From positions 1 to 19,487 of the forward strand of contig NW_021824214.1 in NCBI RefSeq assembly GCF_006345805.1: DNA of 19,487 nucleotides, in the 5' to 3' direction. A program made the position numbers and the translations under genes. This DNA comes from Octopus sinensis (lineage: Eukaryota). Under the pieces are notes generated by a model. It saw nothing but the letters and a program-made list of their open reading frames with translations, did no database searches and was not told where the DNA came from. Below are positions 18,673 to 19,487 of the stretch, one piece after another; within the stretch, counting starts at the first letter, position 1; every line of letters starts with the position of its first letter.

Positions 18673-19054
18673 ACAGCAGAAAGATAACACAATGGACGTT
18701 GTCACTATTCTGCCAATCGTATCTGCGTATCTATCAGAGACTAACATGAACAGTCTCAAATTTCAAATTGTGCGGGCTGCAATGCTCGTATACGGGGAAA
18801 CGACTTGAACGGAAATTAATGAAATGGTTATATAGAATTCTAGCACAGTATGGTTTTTCCATTAGAACTCATATCTCTGGCGTTCTGCATGGCCAAAATG
18901 GAAAACAAAATAGTGTGAATGTGCAAAGATAATTCATACTACGATAAGCTACACGATATGCAAGATGTAATGGGTATAACGAAATATGTCCAGAGATTAA
19001 ATGCTGATTGAAAAAACAACCTGGTTTTAAGTCAATATCTAGATGAAACCAAGG

Positions 19055-19117
19055 CAGCGGTCATCGACCTTCTTTGGCCACGGACCGGCTTTATGTAAGG
19101 CAATTTGTCCACAGACC
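19055..19117 (+). mobile_element. hAT (Charlie/MER1-like) terminal fragment
   Basis: CAGCGGTCATCGACCTTCTTTGGCCACGGACCGGCTTTATGTAAGGCAATTTGTCCACAGACC resembles, from memory, the Charlie3/MER1 terminus CAGCGGTCCCCAACCTTTTTGGCACCAGGGACCGGTTTCGTGGAAGACAATTTTTCCACGGACC; no second end seen. Confidence 0.55.
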
Positions 19118-19168
19118 AGAGAACACGTGCTGAACAAGACACAGTATACATGGTATATAATTTAATCA

Positions 19169-19403
19169 GGCGGCGAGCTGGCAGAAACGTTAGCACGCCG
19201 GGCGAAATGCTTAGCGGTATTTCGTCTGCGTTACGTTGTGAGTTCAAATTCCGCCGAGGTCGACTTTTCCTTTCATCCTTTCGGGGTCGATAAATTAAGT
19301 ACCAGTTACGCACTGGGGTCGATGTAATCGACTTAATACCTATGTCTGTCCTTGTTTGTCCCCTCTGTGTTTAGCCCCTTGTGGGTAATAAAGAAATAGG
19401 TAT
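19169..19403 (+). mobile_element. tRNA-derived SINE, family 2, full-length monomer with TSD
   Basis: A/B-box head and same body as the 9193 trimer; exact 17-bp direct repeat GGTATATAATTTAATCA at 19152-19168 and 19399-19415. Confidence 0.92.
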
Positions 19404-19439
19404 ATAATTTAATCATTACATCTACAATAGACAAATAGA

Positions 19440-19487
19440 GGCGCAGACGGTGCTGTATGGTAAGAAGCTAGCTTCCTAACTGCATGT
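19440..19487 (+). mobile_element. SINE family 1-like head, cut by the window end
   Basis: GGCGCAGACGGTGCTGTATGGTAAGAAGCTAGCTTCCTAACTGCATGT is similar to the 1898 head. Confidence 0.55.

Noticed and set aside
982-18808. Most ORFs in the supplied track (poly-CV, HT, IY, LS, poly-M/T/I)
   Set aside because: They are translations of microsatellites or SINEs, with no domain-like sequence.

Overview
AT-rich, microsatellite-dense eukaryotic DNA. The SINE families resemble those I recall from Octopus genomes, so a cephalopod origin is inferred, not proven. No recognisable protein-coding gene; nearly all listed ORFs are translated microsatellites or repeats. The main feature is a ~5-kb array (2374-7362) of ~8.3 near-identical ~600-bp units with a fold-back inversion at 3974/3975. 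Every unit carries a type I hammerhead ribozyme (HHR) motif: stem I TCCACG/CGTGGA, core CTGAAGA, stem II GAAA/TTTC, GAAA, palindromic stem III ACGTACGT, GUC cleavage site. There are 9 copies, 6 of them intact, giving the architecture of a non-LTR retrozyme or Penelope-derived array predicted to release ~600-nt monomer (possibly circular) RNAs. Six further, mostly damaged type I HHR motifs from five other sequence families are dispersed (287, 12183, 14755/15038, 17118, 18119), plus one half-motif (12972); two of these sit in the spacer of inverted repeats that abut (TA)n tracts. The rest is two tRNA-derived SINE families, several Tc1/mariner-, pogo/Tc2- and hAT-like MITEs, a ~110-bp-arm palindrome, an inverted-repeat element with octamer and CCAAT boxes, and one candidate exon. 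All structures were paired by eye; no folding or database search was run.
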